From: Rhodococcus phage Finch
Length of the DNA stretch: 32,000 bases
Sequence record: MG962366.1
Direction: 5' to 3' (one strand)
This document shows, piece after piece, positions 1 through 8,764 of this stretch. A program made the position numbers and the translations under genes. How positions within the stretch are numbered: the stretch's first letter is position 1; each line of letters begins with the position of its first letter. The notes under the pieces were generated by a model that saw nothing but the letters and a program-made list of their open reading frames with translations, searched no databases and had not been told where the DNA came from.

Positions 1-1
1 C

Positions 2-100
2 ACCCCGTCGGACGGCGACTACCTGGTGATCACACCCAAGGGCAAGCTCATGTTCATCAGCGAATATGAAGTGGCCGAATACTTTTCACTGGAGGGCTAG
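2..100 (+). CDS. 3' end of a CDS entering from the left edge (...GKLMFISEYEVAEYFSLEG*), unknown function
   Basis: Open frame from the window edge to TAG 98-100, immediately followed by the ATG at 103. Confidence 0.6.
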   Translation, partial: TPSDGDYLVITPKGKLMFISEYEVAEYFSLEG

Positions 101-102
101 AC

Positions 103-465
103 ATGACCAACGTGACCGGCGGCGAGGAACTTGTCACTCGCCATAGCCAATCCATCAAGACGCCGTGCGTGTTCGGCGACCTGGAGGACCTGGTGTTCTT
201 CGTTCAGAAGAACGGACCCCAAACCAGCTACGACGACCGCGCATTCGTCCGCACCGAGGAGGACCGGCTGACGGTCTGGTGGGAGACCGCCGTCGACATT
301 CGCGACGACTTCGACAAGGACGCGTTCTTGCGACACCTTCGTGACGGGGGTGCCGGGGTGGAGGAGCTCAAAGAGCATCAGGCAACCCTCGACGCCTTCG
401 AGACCTGGAGGGCCGCAGGCCTTGCTCGCCAGACTATTTCCAACCTCCCCGGCGGCATCCAGTAA
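103..465 (+). CDS. hypothetical phage protein
   Basis: ATG start closely spaced after previous stop, + strand, fits gene series. Confidence 0.75.
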   Translation: MTNVTGGEELVTRHSQSIKTPCVFGDLEDLVFFVQKNGPQTSYDDRAFVRTEEDRLTVWWETAVDIRDDFDKDAFLRHLRDGGAGVEELKEHQATLDAFETWRAAGLARQTISNLPGGIQ

Positions 466-546
466 AACTGCACATCCGAACGACCGGCACATGGCCGGTT
501 CCTGAGTACGCTGAGTGCAACATCACTCCGTCCGAAGGGACCGGCC

Positions 547-780
547 ATGAGTCTCGGTATCGAACGGCAGCGGGAATCCAAGGGGTTCGGCAGCCGAAAT
601 CAGCAGGTGGACAAGGCAATTGACGTCATGATCCACCGAGTCGACGAGCTCCGGCTGGCACTCGATAGGGTGGCGGAGCGACACCACCCGAGCTCACACA
701 ACACAACGGTCTGCCAGCAGTGCCTCAACCCCCACCCCTGCGCGGACTACACCTCAGCGAAAGAAGCACTGGAGCAATGA
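547..780 (+). CDS. hypothetical small protein with C-x2-C-x4-C-like cluster (CQQCLNPHPC)
   Basis: ORF with upstream gaagggacc; stop overlaps next ATG (ATGA). Confidence 0.7.
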   Translation: MSLGIERQRESKGFGSRNQQVDKAIDVMIHRVDELRLALDRVAERHHPSSHNTTVCQQCLNPHPCADYTSAKEALEQ

Positions 781-1019
781 ACGTGGATGCCAAGTCCCTA
801 GCCAAGTCGATGAAGATCGTCCTGACCGTAGGCGCGGCTCAGCAGGAGGCCACCCCCGAACAGCGGGAGCAGCTCAAGACCCGGCTGTTGCCGTACGTCC
901 AGAGTGATGCGTACGTCAAGCTCGGTCGCGAGGAGCCCATCTGGGCGATGCTCGCCGACATCATGGGCCGCGACTGGAAGCCGAGTGGCGAGTGGGCCGA
1001 GCATCTGGCTGCGCTGTAA
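777..1019 (+). CDS. hypothetical protein
   Basis: ATG at 777 overlaps the TGA of previous gene; TAA stop lies inside promoter-like TGTAACG. Confidence 0.7.
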   Translation: MNVDAKSLAKSMKIVLTVGAAQQEATPEQREQLKTRLLPYVQSDAYVKLGREEPIWAMLADIMGRDWKPSGEWAEHLAAL

Positions 1020-1055
1020 CGAATCCGTACGGGGGAACGACATACCTGTTGAAGC
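1015..1055 (+). promoter_or_regulatory. Promoter-like element 1: TGTAACG-N17-GACATAC-CTG-TTGAAGC
   Basis: One of ten matching directional elements in the window; upstream of CDS 1076. Confidence 0.75.
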
Positions 1056-1075
1056 CCCCAACGGAAGCAGGAATT

Positions 1076-1321
1076 ATGACCACCGAAGACCGCGCCCAGA
1101 CCGTCGAAGAGCTCCGCACTGCCGTGTGCGAACTGGAGAATCAGTACGACGTGGGCGGCAAGTACGTTGCCGACTTCCAGCTCATCTGGGAGTACCTGGG
1201 TCGTCGGGACTTCTCTTCAGCAAGTAGTGACCTGGCGTGGATCGCTCGGCAGTTCGACGAGCCCGCCGACTTCCAGGCAGTCAATGACGCCATCGTTTAC
1301 GCATGGCAGCAGGAGGACTAA
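1076..1321 (+). CDS. hypothetical acidic protein (MTTEDRAQTVEEL...)
   Basis: Start chosen just after gcagg RBS-like sequence; follows promoter-like element 1. Confidence 0.7.
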   Translation: MTTEDRAQTVEELRTAVCELENQYDVGGKYVADFQLIWEYLGRRDFSSASSDLAWIARQFDEPADFQAVNDAIVYAWQQED

Positions 1322-2001
1322 TGAGAGAATTTCTACCGGGCGACATCGTGCACTACGCCACGGCGCAGGGCGAGTTCGCCGTTCTGGGAGTCAAGCCCCC
1401 AGACGAGACTCTGGCGAAGCAACTCCACGGGGTTTACCCGACCGTGGAGCTGGTGTCCAAGGGCGATGGACGTATCTTCTGGGCGGTGCCCGACCTGCTC
1501 ACCCACGTCACCGGGCGTAACCCCCGCATCGACGACGCCATACCGGCGGACTGTTCCCTCGGAGTGGCCCTGGAAGCCACCCAGGACGACACCTTGAGCG
1601 CACTGCTCCAGCTCGCCGACCGAGTGCACCTCAATGCCACCGAGAAGGGCTGGCACGAGCCCCGTAGCTTCGGGGACGCAATGGTCATGGTGCACGCCGA
1701 GGTCACCGAGGCCATCGACGAGTACCGGGCCGGTCACGACTACCACGAGGTCTACTACTCGTACGAGGTGGAGGACCCCTCGGGCACGAAGTACCGGATG
1801 AAGACGGACCAGTCCCACCGGGTGGTGGACGGCGACCTGGTGCCGAACAAGCCCGAAGGCACCGGCGTGGAAATGGCCGACGCCGTGATCCGGCTGCTCG
1901 ACGAGATGGTGGAGCGTGGTGTTCCCATCGAACGGGTATTCCGCGAGAAGATCGCCTACAACGAGACCCGGAGCTACCGACACGGAGGAGCGAAAATCTA
2001 A
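1321..2001 (+). CDS. MazG-like nucleotide pyrophosphohydrolase domain protein (C-terminal half)
   Basis: MVHAEVTEAIDEYR ... GTGVEMADAVIRLLDEMVERGVPIERVFREKIAYNETRSYRHGG matches the MazG-like ExxE/ExxD helical pattern and the typical K..YN..R.YRHGGK tail. Confidence 0.8.
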   Translation: MREFLPGDIVHYATAQGEFAVLGVKPPDETLAKQLHGVYPTVELVSKGDGRIFWAVPDLLTHVTGRNPRIDDAIPADCSLGVALEATQDDTLSALLQLADRVHLNATEKGWHEPRSFGDAMVMVHAEVTEAIDEYRAGHDYHEVYYSYEVEDPSGTKYRMKTDQSHRVVDGDLVPNKPEGTGVEMADAVIRLLDEMVERGVPIERVFREKIAYNETRSYRHGGAKI

Positions 2002-2360
2002 TGCTCACCGCCATCCTGGAACGCATCGACGAGTTCTTGCACGCCAAGTCGTGGGATGGCTACTGGCTGAGCCGCAAGTTGTGTGACTGGTACGAGAACC
2101 GGATGCTGGAGGAGTACCGCATCACGGACAACGTGACCGCCCTGTTCAACGACGTGGTGGAGGAGCGCGCGGCCGAACGCTCGCTCCCCATCACCCCCGT
2201 GCTCAATGCCTGGGTGGACGAGGGCTCATACCCACTGGAGCACCGCCGACAGAAGCGCATTCTTCGGGACAACTGGCCAACCCTGTACAACGCCCTAAAC
2301 CAGCTCGAAAAAGATTCTGGCGACAGCTGTAACGCTTCCCGGTCACGGCCCGATAGTTAG
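2001..2360 (+). CDS. hypothetical protein
   Basis: ATG overlaps previous stop (TAATG); + strand series. Its last codons overlap promoter-like element 2. Confidence 0.65.
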   Translation: MLTAILERIDEFLHAKSWDGYWLSRKLCDWYENRMLEEYRITDNVTALFNDVVEERAAERSLPITPVLNAWVDEGSYPLEHRRQKRILRDNWPTLYNALNQLEKDSGDSCNASRSRPDS

Positions 2361-2368
2361 TGTGAAGG
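2328..2368 (+). promoter_or_regulatory. Promoter-like element 2: TGTAACG-N17-GATAGTT-AGT-GTGAAGG
   Basis: Same architecture as the other elements; upstream of CDS 2401. Confidence 0.75.
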
Positions 2369-2400
2369 CCAAATAAACACCCCGACCGGAAGGCACCACG

Positions 2401-2631
2401 ATGTCTGAGATTCACTTCACCAAGTTCGACACCCTCGGCGATTTCGCACTGGATGCAATTGCCGAGCACGCTACCGGTATGGCCCTGAGCTACCGGGATA
2501 AGGCGTGGGACTCTTTCGACGAGGAGTGGGAGTGCCTGGAAGGCGCTCGCCGACTTGCTCGTGGCGAAGGCATCTCCGACGAAACGATCAAGGACATCGA
2601 GGCCGCTGCAATGACCTCGATCGAGCTGTAA
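2401..2631 (+). CDS. hypothetical protein (MSEIHFTKFDTLGDFALDAIAEHATG...)
   Basis: ORF following gaaggcaccacg leader. Confidence 0.75.
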   Translation: MSEIHFTKFDTLGDFALDAIAEHATGMALSYRDKAWDSFDEEWECLEGARRLARGEGISDETIKDIEAAAMTSIEL

Positions 2632-2666
2632 CGAATCCGCACCACCCCCGATATACATGGTGAAGG
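2627..2666 (+). promoter_or_regulatory. Promoter-like element 3: TGTAACG-N16-GATATAC-ATG-GTGAAGG
   Basis: Overlaps the TAA stop of the upstream gene; upstream of CDS 2711. Spacer is 1 nt shorter than in the others. Confidence 0.75.
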
Positions 2667-2710
2667 GGTTCGACCGAGCCCCTTCACCACCCGACCAAGG
2701 AGACTCCACG

Positions 2711-3061
2711 ATGTCCAATTTCACCATTACCTCGGCTCAGGCCTTCCAGCTCGCTGACGACCTGGGGCTGGAAGAGACCGACGTTCGCACCGGCTACTCG
2801 GGACGCGGGATGTACGGCGGCACCTGCCTGGCATTCACCCCGGACGGCTACGACGGGGCCACCGAGTCCGACATCACGTTCGCCCTCGCCCGTCTGGTTT
2901 CCATGGCCGAGGTCGAGGCGATGGACATATCCGAGGCCCTCGACATGGTGGCCGACGCCCTGCGCAGCCTCAACCCCAAGACCGACAGCATGGGTCGCGG
3001 AGTGGTTGTTTACTACCCCGGCGTGGCCGTGGAAGCCGACGAGAACGAGGCCGAGGCATGA
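2711..3061 (+). CDS. hypothetical protein (MSNFTITSAQAFQLADDLGLEETDV...)
   Basis: aaggag RBS ~10 nt upstream of ATG; stop overlaps next ATG. Confidence 0.8.
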   Translation: MSNFTITSAQAFQLADDLGLEETDVRTGYSGRGMYGGTCLAFTPDGYDGATESDITFALARLVSMAEVEAMDISEALDMVADALRSLNPKTDSMGRGVVVYYPGVAVEADENEAEA

Positions 3062-3378
3062 GCGCCAAGGTGATCCCGGCCCCGAAGCATCGCGAGGCCC
3101 TTGAACGCATCCCGTCCGAGTACCTGACCTGCCGAGCACTCCAGCACGCCTGGCGGTACACGACGGTCAAGCGCGAGGACAAGTGGACCTGGAGCCAGTC
3201 CTACCAGTGCTCCCGGTGCGACACCGAGCGCGTCCAGCACATCGACGCGCGCGACGGTGGCGTCATGAAGACGCACTACTACTACCCCGCGGGCTACCTG
3301 CTCGACGACGACGGTGGCCCACTGAGTCAGACCGAGCGCGGTTACACCCGCCTGCGCAGCATGGGAGTTGTGAAATGA
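3058..3378 (+). CDS. hypothetical protein with two CxxC-like pairs (YLTCRALQHAW...YQCSRCDTERVQHI)
   Basis: ATGA overlap with previous gene; zinc-ribbon-like Cys spacing. Confidence 0.75.
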   Translation: MSAKVIPAPKHREALERIPSEYLTCRALQHAWRYTTVKREDKWTWSQSYQCSRCDTERVQHIDARDGGVMKTHYYYPAGYLLDDDGGPLSQTERGYTRLRSMGVVK

Positions 3379-3596
3379 AGGTCTCCGTCCACACCACCGT
3401 CGACATCGACACCGCCCAGTGGGCAAAGACCCACGACACCTCCGACAAGTCCGCCTCGGACGTACGTCGGTCGGTGGAGAAGGGCCTCCAGAACGCGGTC
3501 CGCAAGGCCGCGTCCGACTACCTGGTCTACCACGGCCAGAATCCCCGCTCGATCAAGCAGACCAGCAAACTCCAAGACCTCCTCCAGGACCGGTAA
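3375..3596 (+). CDS. hypothetical protein (MKVSVHTTVDIDTAQWAKTHD...)
   Basis: ATGA overlap with previous stop. Confidence 0.7.
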   Translation: MKVSVHTTVDIDTAQWAKTHDTSDKSASDVRRSVEKGLQNAVRKAASDYLVYHGQNPRSIKQTSKLQDLLQDR

Positions 3597-3606
3597 GGAC
3601 ACCACG

Positions 3607-4029
3607 ATGCCCATTTTCGAGTTCAACAAGTACCGCCCCGACGACACCGGCGTGAGCAAGCTCGGCATGTCGATCTCGCACCACTTCGGACCCGACCTGG
3701 TGTCCGTGGCGTACATCTTGGACCTGGTGGTCGACGCCAGGGAGTTCACCGCCGAGGTGCAGCAGTACTACCGGTACACCGGTAACGGCGAATGGATGGT
3801 CGTCCCGTTCGAGAAGCACGGCGGCATGAACAAGCTGTACGACTCCGTGTACAACGACGTGCCCGAGAAGGACCGGTGGTACGAACTGGTCGAACCCCTG
3901 ATCGAGCTCATGTACACCCCGCCGGTCAACTGGTCCGACCTCACTGCCTTTCGGGCGGAGTACATCCACACCGACCTCAACAAGCTGGAGGACCAGCTCG
4001 CCGAGCTGAAGAAGTTGGCGTCCTCATGA
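3607..4029 (+). CDS. hypothetical protein (MPIFEFNKYRPDDTGVSKLG...)
   Basis: ORF with ggtaagg RBS-like sequence; ATGA overlap at 3' end. Confidence 0.8.
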   Translation: MPIFEFNKYRPDDTGVSKLGMSISHHFGPDLVSVAYILDLVVDAREFTAEVQQYYRYTGNGEWMVVPFEKHGGMNKLYDSVYNDVPEKDRWYELVEPLIELMYTPPVNWSDLTAFRAEYIHTDLNKLEDQLAELKKLASS

Positions 4030-4295
4030 GCGAGTTCATTCAGCGCCACGAGGGCGTGGACTACATCCACGACGACTACATCGACCAGTACCTCATCAGC
4101 CAGGAGCAGGACTACTTCTCCACCGCCTACGACTACCTTCGCCAGCATGTGGACTGGGGAGCCGTGGCACAGGACTCGAAGACCAACTGGACCGTGGTCA
4201 CCCTGGACATCCACTCGGACGACTGCATCGGTGACCCGGACGCCGACCACGACGAGGGCTGCCTCGTCGGCGACTACTGGACCCAGGACTTATGA
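4026..4295 (+). CDS. hypothetical acidic protein
   Basis: ATGA overlaps at both ends. Confidence 0.7.
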   Translation: MSEFIQRHEGVDYIHDDYIDQYLISQEQDYFSTAYDYLRQHVDWGAVAQDSKTNWTVVTLDIHSDDCIGDPDADHDEGCLVGDYWTQDL

Positions 4296-4798
4296 CCGAC
4301 GAGCAGTGGGCATCCATCCCTGACTGGGAGGGGTTCTACGAAGCATCTGACCAGGGCCGCGTCCGCTCGCTCGACCGTTGGGTTCCTAGCAATACGGGCC
4401 GAAGGTATCAGCTCGGCGCACTGATGAGGCCAACCAAGCATGGCAAGGGTGGCCCATACCTAGCAGTACACCTGAGTAAGCACGGAAAGAGTCAAGTGCG
4501 CAAGGTTCACGTGCTGGTTATGGAGGCATTCGTCGGCCCCTGCCCGCCACGGCTAGAGGTTTGTCACCGCAACGGCGATGGCCACGACAACCGCCTGGAG
4601 AACCTTCAGTACGGAACCAGGTCCAAGAACGCACTAGACGCGGTTCAACACGGAACACATGCTCACGCCGCCAAGACCGAATGCCCCCAGGGGCACGAGT
4701 ACAACGAAGCGAACACCAACCACAGCGGCGGACGAAGAAAGTGCCGCACCTGTCACCGCCTACGAGCGAGAGCTCACAGGGCCAACCTAAAGGAGTGA
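4292..4798 (+). CDS. free-standing NUMOD4 + HNH homing endonuclease
   Basis: N-terminus WASIPDWEGFYEASDQGRVRSLDRW (NUMOD4) and HVLVMEAFVGPCPPRLEVCHRNGDGHDNRLENLQYGTRSKN (HNH_3 signature). Confidence 0.9.
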   Translation: MTDEQWASIPDWEGFYEASDQGRVRSLDRWVPSNTGRRYQLGALMRPTKHGKGGPYLAVHLSKHGKSQVRKVHVLVMEAFVGPCPPRLEVCHRNGDGHDNRLENLQYGTRSKNALDAVQHGTHAHAAKTECPQGHEYNEANTNHSGGRRKCRTCHRLRARAHRANLKE

Positions 4799-4803
4799 TT
4801 ACC

Positions 4804-5268
4804 ATTTCAACCAGAAGCATCACAGGCATCAAGACCGAGTCCGGCTACGTTGGCCGCTATGTGCATTACGACGGCTACGACGACGCACGCCTGCCTGTTC
4901 TCAAGGCACTGATCAATCGCGACGGCCCCCGCAAGGTGGGCACCACGATCATGGAGCAGGGCAACCGGAGTGGCTGGTCCGTACTGGACGAGAACCAGTC
5001 GGTGCCGGACGAGCGGAACGAGCCGGAACGCTTCGGGACCGTTGAGGGCTACGGTGTGGCGTACCGGGACTCCGAGGTGGAGAAGCCTCTCCGGTACGAG
5101 GACGTGAAGGACGACGTGTTCATCGAATACGCCTACTTCATCGACATGGAGACCGGGGACATCATCTGGTTCGACCACAACTCCGGCGACGGCGAGCCCA
5201 AGATCGAGCTGTACGCCGAGTTCAAGACCCCGACCGACGCCGACATCGAGAAGGTGGCAGCCCAGTGA
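4804..5268 (+). CDS. hypothetical protein, probable non-canonical ATT start (alternative GTG at 4795)
   Basis: Frame open from far upstream; aaaggag at ~4789-4795 is ideally spaced for ATT at 4804 but too close for GTG 4795; no ATG until internal MEQ. Confidence 0.6.
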   Translation: MSTRSITGIKTESGYVGRYVHYDGYDDARLPVLKALINRDGPRKVGTTIMEQGNRSGWSVLDENQSVPDERNEPERFGTVEGYGVAYRDSEVEKPLRYEDVKDDVFIEYAYFIDMETGDIIWFDHNSGDGEPKIELYAEFKTPTDADIEKVAAQ

Positions 5269-5489
5269 GCTCGCGTGTGGAGCTGGCGAACCTGGCTCAC
5301 GTCAATGCCAACAACTGGAATGCCACCGTCGCCGAGGCAGCCCGGAGGGCTCTCAAGATCGCCCTGGACACCCACCTCGGCACTCAGCCCAGCAACATCG
5401 ACCAGCTGGAGCGGTGCACCGTGGACCTGAGCTTCCAGGTGGAGGCCCAGACGCGCGAGGCCATCTTCGCCCAGGTCCGAGTTTCATGA
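5265..5489 (+). CDS. hypothetical protein
   Basis: GTGA overlap with previous stop. Confidence 0.7.
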   Translation: MSSRVELANLAHVNANNWNATVAEAARRALKIALDTHLGTQPSNIDQLERCTVDLSFQVEAQTREAIFAQVRVS

Positions 5490-5515
5490 CCGAGGTCGTG
5501 GCCATGAAATTGCCC

Positions 5516-5556
5516 TGTAACGGATGGGAACGCCGGAGCGACATACCTATCGAAGG
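5516..5556 (+). promoter_or_regulatory. Promoter-like element 4: TGTAACG-N17-GACATAC-CTA-TCGAAGG
   Basis: Same architecture; upstream of CDS 5587. Confidence 0.75.
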
Positions 5557-5586
5557 CGAACAACCCACCAACACAAGGAGCACCTC

Positions 5587-6063
5587 ATGGCCACGACCAC
5601 TTACCTCATCGGCTTCCAGCACATCTCCGACAAGGATGTCGATCCGGGACAGGAGGTGGGCCGCCAGAGTGTCCGTGTCGAAGCTGATGCGAACGCTAGC
5701 GACGACCACCTCAATGCCCTGATCGTCAACGCGGCGAGTGCCTTCTACCAGACCCCGGTGGAGCTGGAGGACCTGATGAACATCAGCATCGAGGTTGTCG
5801 CCCCGCACGTCCCGCTCGTGAAGTGGGAGATCGACGACCTGCCCACCATCCAGCAGCAGTTCGCAAGCCCCTGGTCCTTCGACGGGGCCACCGTCCGTTA
5901 CCACTGGGCCGACACCGGCGAGATGGGCGTGGTCGATTTCATGGCCGACCGTCGGGCCAACGAGGAGCAGTTGCTCACCGTGGCCAACAAGGCGCTGGAC
6001 CACGAAGTCCTGATGCCGCGAGACCTGGTGGTCATCGACTCCGTTTCCTTCAACGAATACTGA
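5587..6063 (+). CDS. hypothetical protein (MATTTYLIGFQHISDKD...)
   Basis: caaggag RBS upstream of ATG. Confidence 0.8.
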   Translation: MATTTYLIGFQHISDKDVDPGQEVGRQSVRVEADANASDDHLNALIVNAASAFYQTPVELEDLMNISIEVVAPHVPLVKWEIDDLPTIQQQFASPWSFDGATVRYHWADTGEMGVVDFMADRRANEEQLLTVANKALDHEVLMPRDLVVIDSVSFNEY

Positions 6064-6072
6064 GAGGCCCCC

Positions 6073-6567
6073 GTGTCCGAGCCATACCCCGAGCCGTACG
6101 ACCCGAAGGCTCACGACAGCTTCTATGCCGGGTACGGCTTCATGCCTCCCGGCAACCACCGCCGGAAGCGAAGGGCACCGAAGCTCTACTGGACCATCGC
6201 AGGCCTCGGCCTCGCCGGTCTGGCGTTCGCGGCCTTCAAGGTCTTCTCGACGGCAACCCCCGAGCCCCAGGAGCCCGTTGCGCAGGCCCCAGTGGTCGCA
6301 GAGGCCCCGAACATCGGGGATGCGGCCCTGGCCAACCTGACGATGACCCTGGACGCGGACGGCGTGGCCTATCCGACCAAGGACGCGGTTCTGGTCTACG
6401 CCCAGCAGGTCTGCACCGACTGGGACCGCCAGGCGGGATTCGATTACGTCCTGCTGGGTCAGCTGGTCAACTTCGACTTCGACCCCACCTCGGCCGAGAG
6501 CTTCATCCGCTCGTCCACCCCCACGTACTGCCCCGAACACCTCAGAGAACTACCCAAGGAGAAATGA
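6073..6567 (+). CDS. predicted single-pass membrane protein
   Basis: GTG start; KLYWTIAGLGLAGLAFAAFKVF hydrophobic segment followed by Pro/Ala-rich linker. Confidence 0.75.
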   Translation: MSEPYPEPYDPKAHDSFYAGYGFMPPGNHRRKRRAPKLYWTIAGLGLAGLAFAAFKVFSTATPEPQEPVAQAPVVAEAPNIGDAALANLTMTLDADGVAYPTKDAVLVYAQQVCTDWDRQAGFDYVLLGQLVNFDFDPTSAESFIRSSTPTYCPEHLRELPKEK

Positions 6568-6568
6568 C

Positions 6569-6832
6569 ATGGCAAACAACGACCGTAAGTACACCCGCGT
6601 TCTCGGCCTGGACCTCAAGGTGGTGTTCCCCAACGACGCTCCGGGCAACATTCACGCCAAGCGGATCAGCGACATTCGCGACGAGGTGTTGGCGGCGGTG
6701 GAGGCGGCGGTGGACCGACAGTTCCCCGGTGCCAAGGGCGACATCACGGCGGACGTGACTTGGGACTACAACTGGCGCAACGAGCACCACGAGTTCCAGA
6801 TCGGTGACAGCGAAGACGAGGCCGCGCTGTGA
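6569..6832 (+). CDS. hypothetical protein (MANNDRKYTRVLGLDLKVVF...)
   Basis: aaggagaa RBS upstream of ATG. Confidence 0.75.
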   Translation: MANNDRKYTRVLGLDLKVVFPNDAPGNIHAKRISDIRDEVLAAVEAAVDRQFPGAKGDITADVTWDYNWRNEHHEFQIGDSEDEAAL

Positions 6833-6951
6833 CCGATGCAGAGTTCGAGAAGGCCTACGGGTACCCGCGTGAGGAATTGCGGGACAGGGCGGCAGCCGGT
6901 GAGGACATCGGCACCATGTTCGACGGAGACGTGACGGAGTTGTTCTGGTGA
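6829..6951 (+). CDS. small 40 aa ORF (VTDAEFEKAYGYPREELRDRAAAGEDIGTMFDGDVTELFW)
   Basis: Below the supplied ORF-track cutoff; GTGA overlaps on both sides and exactly fills the gap between neighbouring genes. Confidence 0.5.
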   Translation: MTDAEFEKAYGYPREELRDRAAAGEDIGTMFDGDVTELFW

Positions 6952-7196
6952 GTAAGTACATATACGTGACAGCGTGCGACAGCCCGGACGTGGTTTCGGA
7001 GGCGTTCAGCAAACGGTCCGACGCCCAGAAGGCTTGCGACAGCCCAGAGGAGAAGTGGACCAAGTGGGTTCCGGGACACCTGGTGGTCGCCAGCGACCCG
7101 CCGAACTGGGTTCCCACCTACAAGAACGGAATCCACGTCGACAACACCGAGTCCGATTTTGAATGGCCGGTAGTGACCAAGCTGGAGGTGAAGTGA
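6948..7196 (+). CDS. hypothetical protein
   Basis: GTG start, overlap architecture. Confidence 0.7.
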   Translation: MSKYIYVTACDSPDVVSEAFSKRSDAQKACDSPEEKWTKWVPGHLVVASDPPNWVPTYKNGIHVDNTESDFEWPVVTKLEVK

Positions 7197-7504
7197 TGGG
7201 CGCCTACGAGTTCGACCAGCGCGCGACGGGCAAGGACGCGGACGAGGCGTTCGACAACGCCCGACAGCAGGCCCAGTACGACCACGGTCACAGCGGCTAC
7301 ACGGGCACGATTGCGGAGAAGCACAACTACGTGATCATCGAGCGCAAGCCGGTGGGCGAGTCCGAGGCGTGGTCGCTCGCGCAGAAGCTCATGAACGACG
7401 ACGACCCCCGCATCGCCGACAAGTGGGGTCCAGCCGGGGCCGTACTGGTCTCCGAGGCCGCCGGGGTACAGGACTGGCTCTTCTTCGGGTGGGCGAGCAG
7501 CTGA
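7196..7504 (+). CDS. hypothetical protein (MGAYEFDQRATGKDADEAFDNARQQAQYDHGHSGYTGTIAEK...)
   Basis: ggaggtga RBS upstream of ATG; TGATG overlap. Confidence 0.75.
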   Translation: MGAYEFDQRATGKDADEAFDNARQQAQYDHGHSGYTGTIAEKHNYVIIERKPVGESEAWSLAQKLMNDDDPRIADKWGPAGAVLVSEAAGVQDWLFFGWASS

Positions 7505-7689
7505 TGCCACCGAACATGAACTACAACGACCGCGACGATGACGACTGCTACCCCGAGCCGGGGTATCGGGAGTTCAACGACAACTACTCGGACCACACCA
7601 AGCAGATGATCGAAGCCAACGGCGAGGAGTACCCCGGTCAGTACTACGTGCTGCGACCGGGGGACAAGGGCTACGGAGGGCCGGGATGA
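7504..7689 (+). CDS. hypothetical acidic protein
   Basis: TGATG overlap with upstream stop and ATGA overlap downstream. Confidence 0.65.
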   Translation: MPPNMNYNDRDDDDCYPEPGYREFNDNYSDHTKQMIEANGEEYPGQYYVLRPGDKGYGGPG

Positions 7690-7988
7690 GCGACACCGTG
7701 CAGATCAGCACCCAGACGACGGTCATGCAGACCGTCATCGTCACCGCAGCAGCGCACAGCATCCTTGTCCAGGTGGACCGGCTCGCCGCTGGTTTGGTCA
7801 TGGCAGAACGTGAGCGCGCAGCCGCCGAGCGAGCCCTGGTGGAACTCGACGTGGACTTGATCGACGAGCATCACGAGTTCGTCAACAGCTACAAGGCGGC
7901 GGATCAGCGCGTGACGTACTACCTGGACAAGTACAACGAGCTCACCGACGACCTGGTGGAGGTGTACCGGGACGGCCTCCCGACATAA
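7686..7988 (+). CDS. hypothetical, probably coiled-coil protein
   Basis: ATGA overlap; long charged helical pattern (ERERAAAERALVELDVDL). Confidence 0.7.
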   Translation: MSDTVQISTQTTVMQTVIVTAAAHSILVQVDRLAAGLVMAERERAAAERALVELDVDLIDEHHEFVNSYKAADQRVTYYLDKYNELTDDLVEVYRDGLPT

Positions 7989-8003
7989 CACTGCGAGAAA
8001 AGA

Positions 8004-8044
8004 TGTAACGCTGGACGTGGTGCTCACGATGTACGGGGTGAAGG
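8004..8044 (+). promoter_or_regulatory. Promoter-like element 5: TGTAACG-N17-GATGTAC-GGG-GTGAAGG
   Basis: Same architecture; intergenic, upstream of CDS 8084. Confidence 0.75.
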
Positions 8045-8083
8045 GACGGATTCACCGGACCCCCGAGCCCTTAGGAGGGCATT

Positions 8084-8323
8084 GTGAGCACCATCTTTTT
8101 CACCCCAGAACTGGTCACCGAAGTTGTCGCGAGTCCCGATCTGGTCATTATGGGCACGGGTCGCAACCTGAGTAATCTCCGCGTCGTTACAGAGGAGGAG
8201 TTTCAGCAGCGTGTGGACGCTATTCTCCTCGTATCTGCCGCCGAAGTAGGCGACATGATGCGCGAGCTGGGTGGAGACCCGGCGCTGGTCGCGGAAGCAC
8301 TCAACGATGTGGAGGCCCAGTAA
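8084..8323 (+). CDS. hypothetical protein
   Basis: ORF following promoter-like element 5; TAATG overlap with next gene. Confidence 0.7.
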   Translation: MSTIFFTPELVTEVVASPDLVIMGTGRNLSNLRVVTEEEFQQRVDAILLVSAAEVGDMMRELGGDPALVAEALNDVEAQ

Positions 8324-8736
8324 TGACGACCGACCCAGGACAGCCGAATGGTGGATGGCAGATCGAGCCGGTGCCACCCAAGCAGCTGTCCACTCAGGCG
8401 AAGGTCTTGTGGGCAATTGCCATCGTGCTGTTCGTGATTGTCGCGGCCCTGAGCATCGGCTACCAGGTGTTCAAGGACGACCACGCGGAGGTAGCTCCCG
8501 AGGACCGCTCCACCGTGCTGGTGGACCGGCTGGAGGACCAGGGGTTCTGGACAACCGACAGCAAGCGGGAGATCGAGCAGCAGGCCCTCGCCTCCTGCCG
8601 ACAGCTGGACGACGGCTACTCCAAGTCCGGCCTCGCCCGCATCGCCTCACAGGGCAATGCCGATCTGTCTTACCAGGGGGCTCAGGAGTTGATCGCCGCC
8701 GTGGTGGACATCTACTGCCCCCAGCACGCCAAGTAG
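8323..8736 (+). CDS. predicted membrane-anchored protein
   Basis: VLWAIAIVLFVIVAALSIGYQVF transmembrane segment. Confidence 0.75.
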   Translation: MTTDPGQPNGGWQIEPVPPKQLSTQAKVLWAIAIVLFVIVAALSIGYQVFKDDHAEVAPEDRSTVLVDRLEDQGFWTTDSKREIEQQALASCRQLDDGYSKSGLARIASQGNADLSYQGAQELIAAVVDIYCPQHAK

Positions 8737-8764
8737 CCCCACCGAATCCCGACCAAGGAATCTA

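Noticed and set aside
483-500. ACCGGC-ACATG-GCCGGT hairpin as terminator
   Set aside because: Short stem with no U tract; cannot be distinguished from chance in high-GC DNA.
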